This document shows positions 35,164 through 44,513 of a stretch of DNA of 46,130 nucleotides, piece by piece. The stretch's first letter is position 1. Every line of letters starts with the position of its first letter. The stretch spans positions 1-46,130 of the forward strand of contig JBGAIN010000046.1 of assembly GCA_044225505.1 (NCBI GenBank), read 5' to 3'. Source of the stretch: Limisphaerales bacterium. GTDB taxonomy: Bacteria > Verrucomicrobiota > Verrucomicrobiia > Limisphaerales > SIBE01. Under the pieces are notes generated by a model. The model saw nothing but the letters and a program-made list of their open reading frames with translations. It was not told where the DNA came from and searched no databases. Made by a program: the position numbers and the translations under genes.

Positions 35164-37746
35164 TTAGTCATCGTCATCCTCATCCTTAGAGTGAGGAAAG
35201 ACGAAGGCGGCACGGGTCGGCGCCGGCATACGTTCGTGACGGCCGCGAATGGATCGCCAGATGACCTCATTGAGGACCAAGTCGTCGGCCGCGTCTTCCT
35301 TGGAAAAGTCCATCTTCTTCTCGCTGCCCCATGCGGTCTTAAGATTGCGTTCGTCAAGGTTCACATTCACCGCGCGAACGTCGTAAGGCCGAAGGTCTGG
35401 TTGTGCTTGAAACGATCGAAACATCGGGAGGGCAGCGGCATCGAACTGGGACATCGGTCGGAGGCCAAGAATTAGCTCCATCGTGCGAAGCATGCTGCTC
35501 GTTGAGTATAATGTGGAGTCTACTGTACCTCGCTTGATATAGGGGCTGATCGCAAACGCAATCGTCCGGTGCGCGTCGACGTGGTCAGGGCCATTTTGGG
35601 CGTCATCTTCCACAACAAATACTGCCGTCTGCGGCCAGAATCGTGAACGCGTGACCCCTTCGACCAGTTGGCCCAAAGCAAGGTCATTGTCCGCAACCAT
35701 CGCGCGCGGCGTAAGTTTGTCCACGGTGACTCCGTAAGTGTGGTCGTTCGGCAGCCGAAGGATCTGCAGTCGAGGCATCTCGCCTTCGCGCTCAAAGCGT
35801 TTGAGTTCCGACAGAAATCGCGCGATCCGCTTGACGTCGGGGTAATCCAAATCCCAACCGCGGAACCATTCGTCAATGTGACCTTTTAGACCGCGGACGC
35901 GGCTCGAGCCCGGATCCTGCAGAGTCTTACCATTGTTCACAAATTCGCCATAGCTGCGATAGGAGATTCCAGCCGCCGCGGCTCGGTCCCACAGGTAACC
36001 GAGCGACGGCTCTGCAATGGTGAAACGTCCTTCGGCAGGGTAGGGGAACTTGCCACTCTTATTGTGTCCGTAACTTAACGGCCAGAATTTTTCAACAAAG
36101 TCCGTCGCATAGGCTCCGACGGTCCACTCGTGACCGTCAGCGCTGACTTCCGCCTCAACGTAAAAGTTGTCCAAAAGAACAAACTCACGCGCGAGTTGAT
36201 GGTGGTTAGGCGTAATGCTTTCCGGAAACAGGCAGAGCCCTGGATCGCCATTGCCTTGCGGGAGATCTCCGAGCACCTGGTCATACGTCCGATTCTCTTT
36301 GATAACAAAAATGCAGTAGCGGATCGGACTGGGCTCTCCAACCCGGAACGGAATGGGGTTGCCGGCCTGACCCTGCGTGGAGAGCATTGCATCGGCCGTG
36401 AGAGGGCTGCATTGATAGGCTTGCGTTGTGTAGCGTTCGAGCTGCCGCTCAAACTCGCGTCGAGACGGAATCTCCAAGATCGTTAAGCTGCCTTGGAATA
36501 AACCAGCGATATAGGTTTCCAAGGTTCCGGTTTCCTTCTTCCGGCCAGGCTGAGGGCCATGGAGATTCGGTTTTGAGGTCAGCCCCTTGCCATTGCTTAC
36601 CAGCAGTCGCTTGCCGTCGGGGGTGACACGAACCGAGGTCGGGTACCATCCGACCGGGATGAATCCAAGCGGTTGACTGTGCCCTGGTTCGCTAACATCG
36701 AAGACCGCCAGGTTGTTGTTACAGGCGTTGGCCACAAACAGCGTTTTCTCATCTGGCGTCAAGGCCAGGCTGTTGGGTGTCGATCCCGGAGGCGACTGCG
36801 GATAAAGCGACGCGGAGAGCGTCTCGACTGTCCGACCGGTGTCTGTGCGAATCACTGTAATCGTGTTTTGATTGGCGTTGGCCACGTAGAGCCAGCGTCC
36901 GGACTTCGTGAGCTGCATCTCATTCGGATGTTCGCCTGTCGGCCAGTGCTCAACGACGCGGCGGGTTCGGAGATCAACAACCGCTACCGCTCCTTGGGCC
37001 CATAAACTGACATAGAGCCTCTGCCGGCGCTCGTCGAGTCGACAAGCGTATGGGAAACTATCTTGGCTAGTCGTTTCGTCCAGCAACGCTTCATTGCGCT
37101 TGGTAGCTGCCGCCACATCGGGATCGGGTGAGGAGGGCACTCTCTTGAGAGTCTTCTGCGTTTCTGGAGTATCGTTCATGGCCACATCCCAGAGATTCGT
37201 CTGGCTCGAGACGTTGAGCCGGGAAACCTGATGCCCCCAAACACTGGCCACGTAGACGTTTTCGCCGTCGCGACTGACGGCCATCCCTGCAGGAACGCCG
37301 CGTTGCTTGCTGCTGCGCACACTGATGACCCTGTGGTCAGTCAGGCGACCTTGGTCGAAGCCGAAGGCGTGAACAACTTCCGCGCCAGCGCCGCTGCAGA
37401 AAAGGCGTTCGCCTTTGGGCGAAAACTCAATGCCATAAAAACTCTCGTCGATATTGGTTCGCGCCACGATTGAGGAGTTGCGGAGATTTATGACCACGAC
37501 TTCGTGGCGACCATATCCACTGTGCAATATGGCCGCAAACGAGCTGCTGGGATGCACCGCGATGTTTACCGGAAAATCGCCTAGTGCGATTTGTCGGCCT
37601 ACCGGTCGCAACGACCATTGATTCGGCAATAAGACCGATCCGTCCGGCCGGGCCCCAGGCCAAGGAGGCTCTCCTGGTCTTTGCGCTTGGACCGTCAGGG
37701 TCATCAAGATCAGACCCAGGGCGAGTGTCAGGGAGCTCCGGTTCAT
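35164..37746 (-). CDS. YncE-like beta-propeller + phosphoesterase (alkaline phosphatase superfamily) fusion
   Basis: LYVAN/LFVAN propeller repeats, IPVGWYP, IKENRTYDQVLGD, DNFY..EVSADGHEW, LPNDHT and EDDAQNGPDHVDAHR. Confidence 0.92.
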   Translation of the reverse strand: MNRSSLTLALGLILMTLTVQAQRPGEPPWPGARPDGSVLLPNQWSLRPVGRQIALGDFPVNIAVHPSSSFAAILHSGYGRHEVVVINLRNSSIVARTNIDESFYGIEFSPKGERLFCSGAGAEVVHAFGFDQGRLTDHRVISVRSSKQRGVPAGMAVSRDGENVYVASVWGHQVSRLNVSSQTNLWDVAMNDTPETQKTLKRVPSSPDPDVAAATKRNEALLDETTSQDSFPYACRLDERRQRLYVSLWAQGAVAVVDLRTRRVVEHWPTGEHPNEMQLTKSGRWLYVANANQNTITVIRTDTGRTVETLSASLYPQSPPGSTPNSLALTPDEKTLFVANACNNNLAVFDVSEPGHSQPLGFIPVGWYPTSVRVTPDGKRLLVSNGKGLTSKPNLHGPQPGRKKETGTLETYIAGLFQGSLTILEIPSRREFERQLERYTTQAYQCSPLTADAMLSTQGQAGNPIPFRVGEPSPIRYCIFVIKENRTYDQVLGDLPQGNGDPGLCLFPESITPNHHQLAREFVLLDNFYVEAEVSADGHEWTVGAYATDFVEKFWPLSYGHNKSGKFPYPAEGRFTIAEPSLGYLWDRAAAAGISYRSYGEFVNNGKTLQDPGSSRVRGLKGHIDEWFRGWDLDYPDVKRIARFLSELKRFEREGEMPRLQILRLPNDHTYGVTVDKLTPRAMVADNDLALGQLVEGVTRSRFWPQTAVFVVEDDAQNGPDHVDAHRTIAFAISPYIKRGTVDSTLYSTSSMLRTMELILGLRPMSQFDAAALPMFRSFQAQPDLRPYDVRAVNVNLDERNLKTAWGSEKKMDFSKEDAADDLVLNEVIWRSIRGRHERMPAPTRAAFVFPHSKDEDDDD

Positions 37747-37926
37747 ACGGGTGAGGCGCTTTATGGCAAAAGAACCCGCGGCGGTAAAGAACCAACGAGT
37801 GTAAGTCCTTGTCCGAAGGACCTCGAAAAATGGGAAGGATCAATTCCGCCGTGGAGTGGTCGGGGAACGGACGTCGTAGGCGGGCGGCATCTACTCCGGG
37901 ACGATATTGGGCTCAGGAATCCAGAC

Positions 37927-38802
37927 TTAACCCTTCGCTCGCTTTGGTTTGCCTAAAGTTTTGATGAGCTTCTTCATCCAGCTCACGCTCGCTTGCGTGT
38001 TCTCGTCAGAGCCGTGGCATTCGATTGAGACGGCTCCAGTCCATCGGGTGCGGTGGAGATACTCCAGGCAACGTCGAATGTTATCGGCGTTTACGCCTCC
38101 TCCAACCGGGACGACAGAACTTCCGATCCCAGTTTCCTCGCCGCGGGCTGCAGCAGCTAACTCCGGGCTGACATCTTTGATGTGGCAGTGAGTACAATAC
38201 GGGCGCAACGCGCTCAAATACGCCAGAGGGTCGTGCCCCGCGATGAACGTGTTGCCCGTGTCGAAATTCATCCTGAGCCACTCCGAATCAAAGTGTTTGA
38301 AGAGACGTTGCATGAAATCAATGTCGTTCGTGTACGGTCCATGCGGTTCGACATTGATAATGACTCGATAATCTTCGGCCCAGGAAAGGCACTGCCGATA
38401 GTTGTCACAGGTAATGCGGAATACTTCTTTTCGAGTCATTCCGGGTGTCTCGAACGCCCCGTCGACGGTGTCCACCATCGGGCAGCCCAGTTCGGCGGCG
38501 AATCGAATGGATTGAGTGACATATTGGACTCCAAACGCCGATCCATTCGGACCCATCATCGGGTATGAACCGTCGATTTGCGAGACGCTCAAACCGAGTT
38601 TGTCGAGAAAGCGGCGGATCTCCTTGGGATTTGATTGCAGCGAAACGCCCGGATCGTACCCAAGCGCCGCCACAAAGTTTTGACCATGAATAGCGCAGAA
38701 CTCGATGTGCGCGAGACCGGAAGCGGCGATTTTACGACAGGCCGCCTCGAACGAGAGACTTAAAGGTCTCCAATTGTCGGTGTGCAAGCCAACGTGGATC
38801 AT
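37927..38802 (-). CDS. Sugar phosphate isomerase/epimerase (TIM barrel)
   Basis: NVEPHG, MNFDTGN, HCHIKD and SIEC metal-binding motifs. Confidence 0.9.
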   Translation of the reverse strand: MIHVGLHTDNWRPLSLSFEAACRKIAASGLAHIEFCAIHGQNFVAALGYDPGVSLQSNPKEIRRFLDKLGLSVSQIDGSYPMMGPNGSAFGVQYVTQSIRFAAELGCPMVDTVDGAFETPGMTRKEVFRITCDNYRQCLSWAEDYRVIINVEPHGPYTNDIDFMQRLFKHFDSEWLRMNFDTGNTFIAGHDPLAYLSALRPYCTHCHIKDVSPELAAAARGEETGIGSSVVPVGGGVNADNIRRCLEYLHRTRWTGAVSIECHGSDENTQASVSWMKKLIKTLGKPKRAKG

Positions 38803-38808
38803 GGAGGT

Positions 38809-38837
38809 GGTTTACGACTTCGGTAGGCGTGCGTCAA
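38809..38837 (-). promoter_or_regulatory. Putative sigma70 promoter with leaderless geometry
   Basis: Minus strand: TTGACG, 17 bp, TAAACC, 6 bp, ATG(38802). Confidence 0.5.
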
Positions 38838-38949
38838 TCCTTCATTAGTGGGGCTACGTGAAACGAGACTTCGAGTTAGATGGCGTAAATTAAACTCTTC
38901 AGCTGATTTGGCTCGCGTTTTGTGAACGTTTTTTCAAACCTCACCCAAC

Positions 38950-40116
38950 ATGGACTCCTCGTTGCCTTGGTTCATCCGATTGGCCGTGTTGGCCGCTTTG
39001 CTCTGCGTCTCAACGCTGGGAGAACAGCATCGCGCAACGCGCTTGGGCAATCCTGCCACAAGGTTCGCTCCGCCTCTTTCTGCGCCAGACGACCTGCGAT
39101 CCCGCTTTCGTGACGAGAAACTGAAACCGGACTTTGCCTCAGTGCTGCGTCAATGGGGTTGGCGCGGTAATGTGGAAGACCTCTTCCGGGCCGCTCTAAG
39201 CGCTGAAATCAGCGACATTAAAATTCCAGTCGGAACGGTCATGCCTTTTATGTCCTCCCGTGAAAATGGGAAAGCCATTTGCCTTCGCAACGTTCTCTGG
39301 GCAGGCAAGGAGCCAGCGCCAGCCTATGCGTTCGATTTCACATCAAAAGGGCGCCGTTACCGGTGCATCACGCCCAAGGCGTGCAGTAACTTCTTCGTTG
39401 TGGACCGAGGGGCCGAGCCAAAGGCGGAGCTCACACTGAACTGCACCGCGCCCGCCGAGATTCTCGCCGGTCGTCCGTTGGAGGTTTGTTTGAGCTTGCG
39501 AAACGGAGGCGATGGTCCGGCCGCCGCCACCACAGCGACCCTGACGCTGCCGGAAGGGGTCCGAGTCGTGCGAACGACCGAGGATGGCATCGCAGAACCC
39601 GGCCGCGTTACTTGGAATATTTCCAGTCTCGCTCCCGCGGCCACCCGACAGGTTTGCGCGACCCTGGGAATGCGGCAACCGGCGTCTCTGGAATTTACCG
39701 CGAGTGCGGCCAATAATGGTCGATCCGTGCAAAGTTCCTGCGCGACCCGAGTCTTGGGAGTCCCCGCGATCCTTCTCGAGGTTGTGGATATGGAAGATCC
39801 GGTGGAAGTGGGCAAAGAGATTATTTACGAGATAAGAGTGACCAACCAAGGGACTGCCCCCGGCACCAATATTCGGGTGGCTTGTATGCTGCCCGGAAGC
39901 GAAGAATTCGTCTCAGGCGGAGGCCCAACATCTGTTCACGCCCAAGGACGCCACCTCACGACGGACCCACTCCCAAAACTCGACGCCAAGAGCGAGGCGA
40001 CCTGGCGCTTGGTCGTGAAGGCATTGAAGGCGGATGATGCGCGCTTTCGTGCCGAATTGAGTAGTGACCAGTTTGCGACGCCGATCGAGGAGACGGAAGC
40101 GACGCAGCTGTATTAG
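38950..40116 (+). CDS. Secreted protein with two DUF11 (Ig-like) domains
   Basis: Signal peptide, LEVCLSLRNGG..TLPEG..VTWNISSLAP and DPVEVGKEIIYEIRVTNQG..TNIRV. N-terminal domain unassigned. Confidence 0.8.
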   Translation: MDSSLPWFIRLAVLAALLCVSTLGEQHRATRLGNPATRFAPPLSAPDDLRSRFRDEKLKPDFASVLRQWGWRGNVEDLFRAALSAEISDIKIPVGTVMPFMSSRENGKAICLRNVLWAGKEPAPAYAFDFTSKGRRYRCITPKACSNFFVVDRGAEPKAELTLNCTAPAEILAGRPLEVCLSLRNGGDGPAAATTATLTLPEGVRVVRTTEDGIAEPGRVTWNISSLAPAATRQVCATLGMRQPASLEFTASAANNGRSVQSSCATRVLGVPAILLEVVDMEDPVEVGKEIIYEIRVTNQGTAPGTNIRVACMLPGSEEFVSGGGPTSVHAQGRHLTTDPLPKLDAKSEATWRLVVKALKADDARFRAELSSDQFATPIEETEATQLY

Positions 40117-40316
40117 AGGGTTTGGAGTCTCATTCGTCTTATCGGAGCTTGTGCGGTAGGTGTCGGGCGTTTACATATCTTCGTGGCTGTTGCGGAAAAC
40201 CAGCCAAACGAAAATCAGAACCACGGCGACGATGTTCGACCTCGTTGATCAGATCGGACACTCAGTGAGAGGGAATCGTCGGGCTTGTAGGTGTCTGATT
40301 CAGGAACTAAAACCGC

Positions 40317-41489
40317 GTGAACGGGAATCATACCTTTGAGAGTATCTCGGAACGCCTATTGAACTATATTCGAAGGCGACCCGATGACTCGCCCAACTTG
40401 CGGGCGGAGTTTAATTCACTCGCTTTGGCCATTTTCGGCCTTCAGTTGGAACACCTTCCGGTTTACCGGCGTGTTTGTGCTGGGCGTGGCGTCAACGCTG
40501 GGAGCGTAGAGCATTGGCGCGAAATCCCAGCGCTTCCGACGCGGGCTTTTCAGGATTTCGAGCTCACTTGTCTGCCGCGGGCGAAGCGTTCGCGCGTCTT
40601 TTGGTCAAGTGGCACCACCAGCGACAATCAACGTAGCCAGCATCTCCACGGCCCGTGTTCTTTGCGTCTCTATGAAGCCTCTCTGGATGCTTGGTTCTGG
40701 CCTCATTTATTTCCCGAATACAACGTGGCGAGGGGATTTACTGCAGAGGGCCAAGTATCTCCGCCCTCCCTCAGGGAAACACTCGGCTGGGATCTGGTGG
40801 CGTTGACTCCTCCGGCAGGATTGGTGCCGAATTCTTCGCTGGTACATATGTTTCAGCAAGTCTCGCAATGGGATCAGTTCCATCAGCGGGAGTTCTGCGG
40901 AACGATCGATCAAAATGGCGCCTGGGCCGTGAACGGTGCGCGATTGCGTTCGACTTTGGAAGAGGCGATTCGCACTCAGCGCCGAGTTCTGCTTTTGGGG
41001 CCTGCCTTCGCGTTTGTGCAGTGCGTCGATTTTCTCGCCGAGACCGGTCCACTGAGTCTTCCTGAGGGGTCTCGAGCGATGGAGACGGGGGGATACAAAG
41101 GTCGCTCCCGCACGGTGCCCCGCTCCGAGCTCTACACATTAATCCGCGACCACTTCGGAATTCCATGTGCCCAGATCGTTGGGGAATATGGCATGTGCGA
41201 ACTTAGCTCCCAAGCGTATGATCGTGCTACTGGAGGAGCAGGGGGCGATCGGCGCGAATTCCAATTCCCTCCCTGGGCGCGGGTTCAGGTGATCTCGCCG
41301 GAAACCGGGCGCGAGGTCGAAGAAGGGCAAACGGGTCTGGTGCGGGTTTTGGATTTGGCCAACGTCTATTCCGTGGCATCTATTCAGACGGAGGATTTAG
41401 GGGTCCGGCGTGGCAGTGGCTTTGAGCTCATTGGGCGCGATCCTTCGGCCGAAGTCCGAGGTTGTTCGCTAATGTTCGAGTCTACTTGA
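40317..41489 (+). CDS. LuxE-like acyl-protein synthetase
   Basis: WREIPALP, SSGTT, ETGGYKG, EYGMCEL, TEDLG and GR..AEVRGCS (terminal acyl-accepting Cys). Confidence 0.87.
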   Translation: MNGNHTFESISERLLNYIRRRPDDSPNLRAEFNSLALAIFGLQLEHLPVYRRVCAGRGVNAGSVEHWREIPALPTRAFQDFELTCLPRAKRSRVFWSSGTTSDNQRSQHLHGPCSLRLYEASLDAWFWPHLFPEYNVARGFTAEGQVSPPSLRETLGWDLVALTPPAGLVPNSSLVHMFQQVSQWDQFHQREFCGTIDQNGAWAVNGARLRSTLEEAIRTQRRVLLLGPAFAFVQCVDFLAETGPLSLPEGSRAMETGGYKGRSRTVPRSELYTLIRDHFGIPCAQIVGEYGMCELSSQAYDRATGGAGGDRREFQFPPWARVQVISPETGREVEEGQTGLVRVLDLANVYSVASIQTEDLGVRRGSGFELIGRDPSAEVRGCSLMFEST

Positions 41490-41669
41490 ATGCTCGGGCG
41501 ATTTCCCATGGAGAAGGTACGTCATCATGTTCCACTAGTGACTAAGCGGAAGGCATCGACCGGGACGACGTCTGTGCCGATCGCGTTCCTGCGGCATCTG
41601 GTTTCACTCGGGGCCAGCACGTTGTGGCGGAACGGGATATCAGGCGGGATCTAGATTTTGGCAAAGCGT

Positions 41670-43037
41670 ATGCAGCTCCCCAACTATTTCCTTGTCGACC
41701 TTCCCCCCGAAGCCGTTCTCAGCGCAGGCATGGTGCAGGACGCCTGCCACGCCTTAAAACGCAATCGAGAACTTTATTTGCGTAATCGGTCGACACGATC
41801 CCTGATCGAAACGATCAGTGGTTTGGCCGCAAGTTGGCTGGACCGGGAGTATCCGTTCCGGAAACTAGCGCTGACTTCTGGTCCGAGTGCGGCGGGCTTT
41901 TCAGGTCCGACTCTCGGGCAAGGTCTTGATAGCTTCTTCGCCCAGTTGACTCGGGAAAACATCGAAAAGTGGATTGTCCAGGATTTGGGCCACGGCCGCC
42001 GCATGGACGAGTTTACCGCAACGAAAACGGAACTGGAGCTGAATCGTGCCGCGCTCGTTCGCGGTCCCGAGTTTATGGTCCACGTCGCCGCTGGCAATAT
42101 CCCGGTCCCGAGTCTGGCCAGCCTGATCGCGGGACTGTTGCTGCGGAGCGCTCAGTTCTTAAAGTGTGGCCATGGGGTTGCCTTCTTACCTAGGCTGTTT
42201 GCGCACTCTCTCTATGAATCTGACCCGAAGCTCGGAGCGTGTTTGGAACTGGCGCAATGGCGAGGAGGCGATCAGGCGTTGGAAACCGTTCTTTTTAGCG
42301 AGGCGGATTGCGTTACGGTAACGGGAACGGACGAGGCTTTGCAGAGCGTTCGGCAGCGTCTGCGGCCGCACGTGCGATTTGTGGGGTATGGGCATCGTGT
42401 GAGTTTCGCTTATATTGCCCGGGAAAGTCTTGCGGCCGACGCTCGGCGTGTGATCAAGCGAGCGGTTAGCGACGTGGTCGCGTGGAATCAGCGAGGCTGC
42501 TTGTCTCCACACGTCATTTACGTAGAGCGCGGCGGCCGCGTTGGTGCTGAGGAACTCGCGTCTTTGCTGGCCGAGGAACTTGCAGTGGTGGAAAAAGCGG
42601 AGCCGCGCGGGCCTCTGTCGGATCGTGAAGCAGGCGTCATTGCAAGTCGGCGGTCCTTTTACGAAGTGCGCGCGGCTCATTCCCAGGAGACCAGACTGTG
42701 GTGCAGTCCGGAGTCGACCGCTTGGACAGTGGTGTATGAAGCGGATGCCCGGTTTCAAATCTCATGTTTAAATCGGTTCCTTTACGTCAAGCCGGTGGCC
42801 GATTGCACCGATGCCTTGTGCGCCGCCGACTCAGTGCGTGGCCGTGTCTCGACCGTCGGACTTGAAGCTCCCGAGGAGCGTGTTGCCGAGTTGGCCGCTG
42901 CCTTCGCTCGCTGGGGAGCAACGCGCATTTGCCCGCTTGGCGAAATGCAAAAACCCCCGTTGACTTGGCGGCATGACGGCCGGCCCGCGTTGGGCGACCT
43001 GATTACTTGGACAGATTGGGAGCGGGTCGCCGAGTGA
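41670..43037 (+). CDS. LuxC-like acyl-CoA/acyl-protein reductase (ALDH-like fold)
   Basis: HVAAGNIP, LKC, TGTDEA, GYGHRVSF, NQRGCLSPH (catalytic Cys) and RICPLGEMQ..HDG. Confidence 0.88.
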   Translation: MQLPNYFLVDLPPEAVLSAGMVQDACHALKRNRELYLRNRSTRSLIETISGLAASWLDREYPFRKLALTSGPSAAGFSGPTLGQGLDSFFAQLTRENIEKWIVQDLGHGRRMDEFTATKTELELNRAALVRGPEFMVHVAAGNIPVPSLASLIAGLLLRSAQFLKCGHGVAFLPRLFAHSLYESDPKLGACLELAQWRGGDQALETVLFSEADCVTVTGTDEALQSVRQRLRPHVRFVGYGHRVSFAYIARESLAADARRVIKRAVSDVVAWNQRGCLSPHVIYVERGGRVGAEELASLLAEELAVVEKAEPRGPLSDREAGVIASRRSFYEVRAAHSQETRLWCSPESTAWTVVYEADARFQISCLNRFLYVKPVADCTDALCAADSVRGRVSTVGLEAPEERVAELAAAFARWGATRICPLGEMQKPPLTWRHDGRPALGDLITWTDWERVAE

Positions 43038-43059
43038 CGGCCGCCTGGGAAAGGTGATA

Positions 43060-43428
43060 ATGAAGATTGAGCTACGCAAGAAGTTCCAGTTTGAAGCGGC
43101 GCACTTATTGCCCTACTTGCCGGAGTCACATAAATGTCGCCGGCTTCACGGACATAGCTTTCAAGTCGAGGTGGCTGTGATTGGCGATTGCCACCCGAAA
43201 CTCGGCTGGGTCATGGATTACGCGGATATCAGTGATGCATTCAAAGGAGTCTGGGAACAACTCGATCACCGGTATTTGAATGAGATCCACGGACTGGAAA
43301 ACCCCACGAGTGAAACGATTGCGGTTTGGATCTGGGAACGCCTGCAACCGAAGCTGCCTTTATTGAGCGAAATCGTCGTCGCGGAGACTTGCACCGCGTG
43401 TTGTATCTACCGGGGAGGCAAAGAATAA
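43060..43428 (+). CDS. queD: 6-carboxy-5,6,7,8-tetrahydropterin synthase
   Basis: FEAAH, CRRLHGHS (the CxxxHGH PTPS-I signature), MDY, LDHRYLNE, LENPTSE and ET. Confidence 0.93.
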   Translation: MKIELRKKFQFEAAHLLPYLPESHKCRRLHGHSFQVEVAVIGDCHPKLGWVMDYADISDAFKGVWEQLDHRYLNEIHGLENPTSETIAVWIWERLQPKLPLLSEIVVAETCTACCIYRGGKE

Positions 43429-43429
43429 C

Positions 43430-44166
43430 TCAGGCCCTTCTAGCCACAGGCTGTTGCCGTCCTTTCGATCCGTCGAGGAGACAGGTCCACCCATTAGCCA
43501 GGCCGGATACGTTTTGAACGAGTTGCCGAAGACGATACGCTCGTGACCTGTCATCGTCTTCGTTGCGCTGGGAGCGAAGGCAGGACGTTCCACACGCAGT
43601 CAACCGCACTGGAACCCGCAATTGTCGCGCCACGGCCATCAGAAAAAATCTCCATCCCCATCCAAGGTCTTCCGGCACCAGCATGAGATAAGGAATGAGC
43701 TGCATGGGCACAACCATCGGCCCATAGGTGTAGTCCCCGGCGGGACCAAGAGCCTCCATGCTTAGTTTGTTCATTAAAGTCTCTGCGACACGCTGCCCCG
43801 CAGGTAATCCGCTCCTTCTTGCTGAGCGGCTTGGAATGCCGTTTGCACTTGTCCAACCAATCCAGGTCTGGCACTCGCCGGTCGTTGGCAGACTCGCAGA
43901 TTCGGGATCTGCGAGATCTTGCCGATGAACTCGGCGCTCGAGCCGCCTTCTCCGACGTAAATGGTGGGACCGAGATCTGCCAAGGTCCGCAACGCTTCAT
44001 ATAAACGCGTCGCTTCGACAGGAGTTCGCGCCAAGGTGATGGTGACGATGCTCACCGTCGAAACCGGTTCGCGGAGAGAGAGAATCGGGGCTAGTTGCAG
44101 CTGCTTGGAACGGCGGGCGCGGAGCTTCGGTTTTTCAGGCATGTGGCTCAGTTGCCATGTTGTCAT
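43430..44166 (-). pseudogene. Split hypothetical (GT-A-like) gene, in two fragments 44166-43774 and 43774-43430
   Basis: Both fragments look protein-like. The frame of the second fragment stays open upstream of its ATG (PAGQRVAETL-MNKL) as far as the DYL codons of the first, consistent with an internal deletion plus frameshift at ~43801. Confidence 0.55.
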
Positions 44167-44513
44167 AAGCTTGCGTCCGCCGCCTATAGGGTCGACGCCT
44201 GATTCCGAATCGAGTGCTTGAAAACCATCAATGCCTGGGCATCGAAGCAGGGCTTAGTCAGATCGCCATCGGTAAACCTGAGTTCCACAACGGCTTTGTT
44301 TTGAAGGCAGTCGAATCGAAAACTCGGCGATTGTCTGCATTTGATGTGGGGAGATTTCTACGCTTGGAAAATAGCTCCTGCACGGTCATCCTAGAGGCAA
44401 CGCATGGCCGCAAATATTGAGCTTCATTTACTGGCTCGGGGCCCGTTGCCGAGATGGACGCGCTGCCATGAGCTGTCTGTTGACCGGAACCATATGGACA
44501 CACCGGAGGGCCG

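Noticed and set aside
40317..43037. Bioluminescence operon
   Set aside because: No luciferase (luxA/B), luxD or luxG homolog is present in the window.
43060..43428. PTPS-III (FolB-bypass) variant
   Set aside because: The active-site motif is CxxxHGH (QueD/PTPS-I), not the Glu-containing ExxHGH type.
44214..44510. Short ORFs or a gene remnant between the split gene and the acyltransferase
   Set aside because: No frame gives a recognisable motif or convincing start, so no call can be supported.
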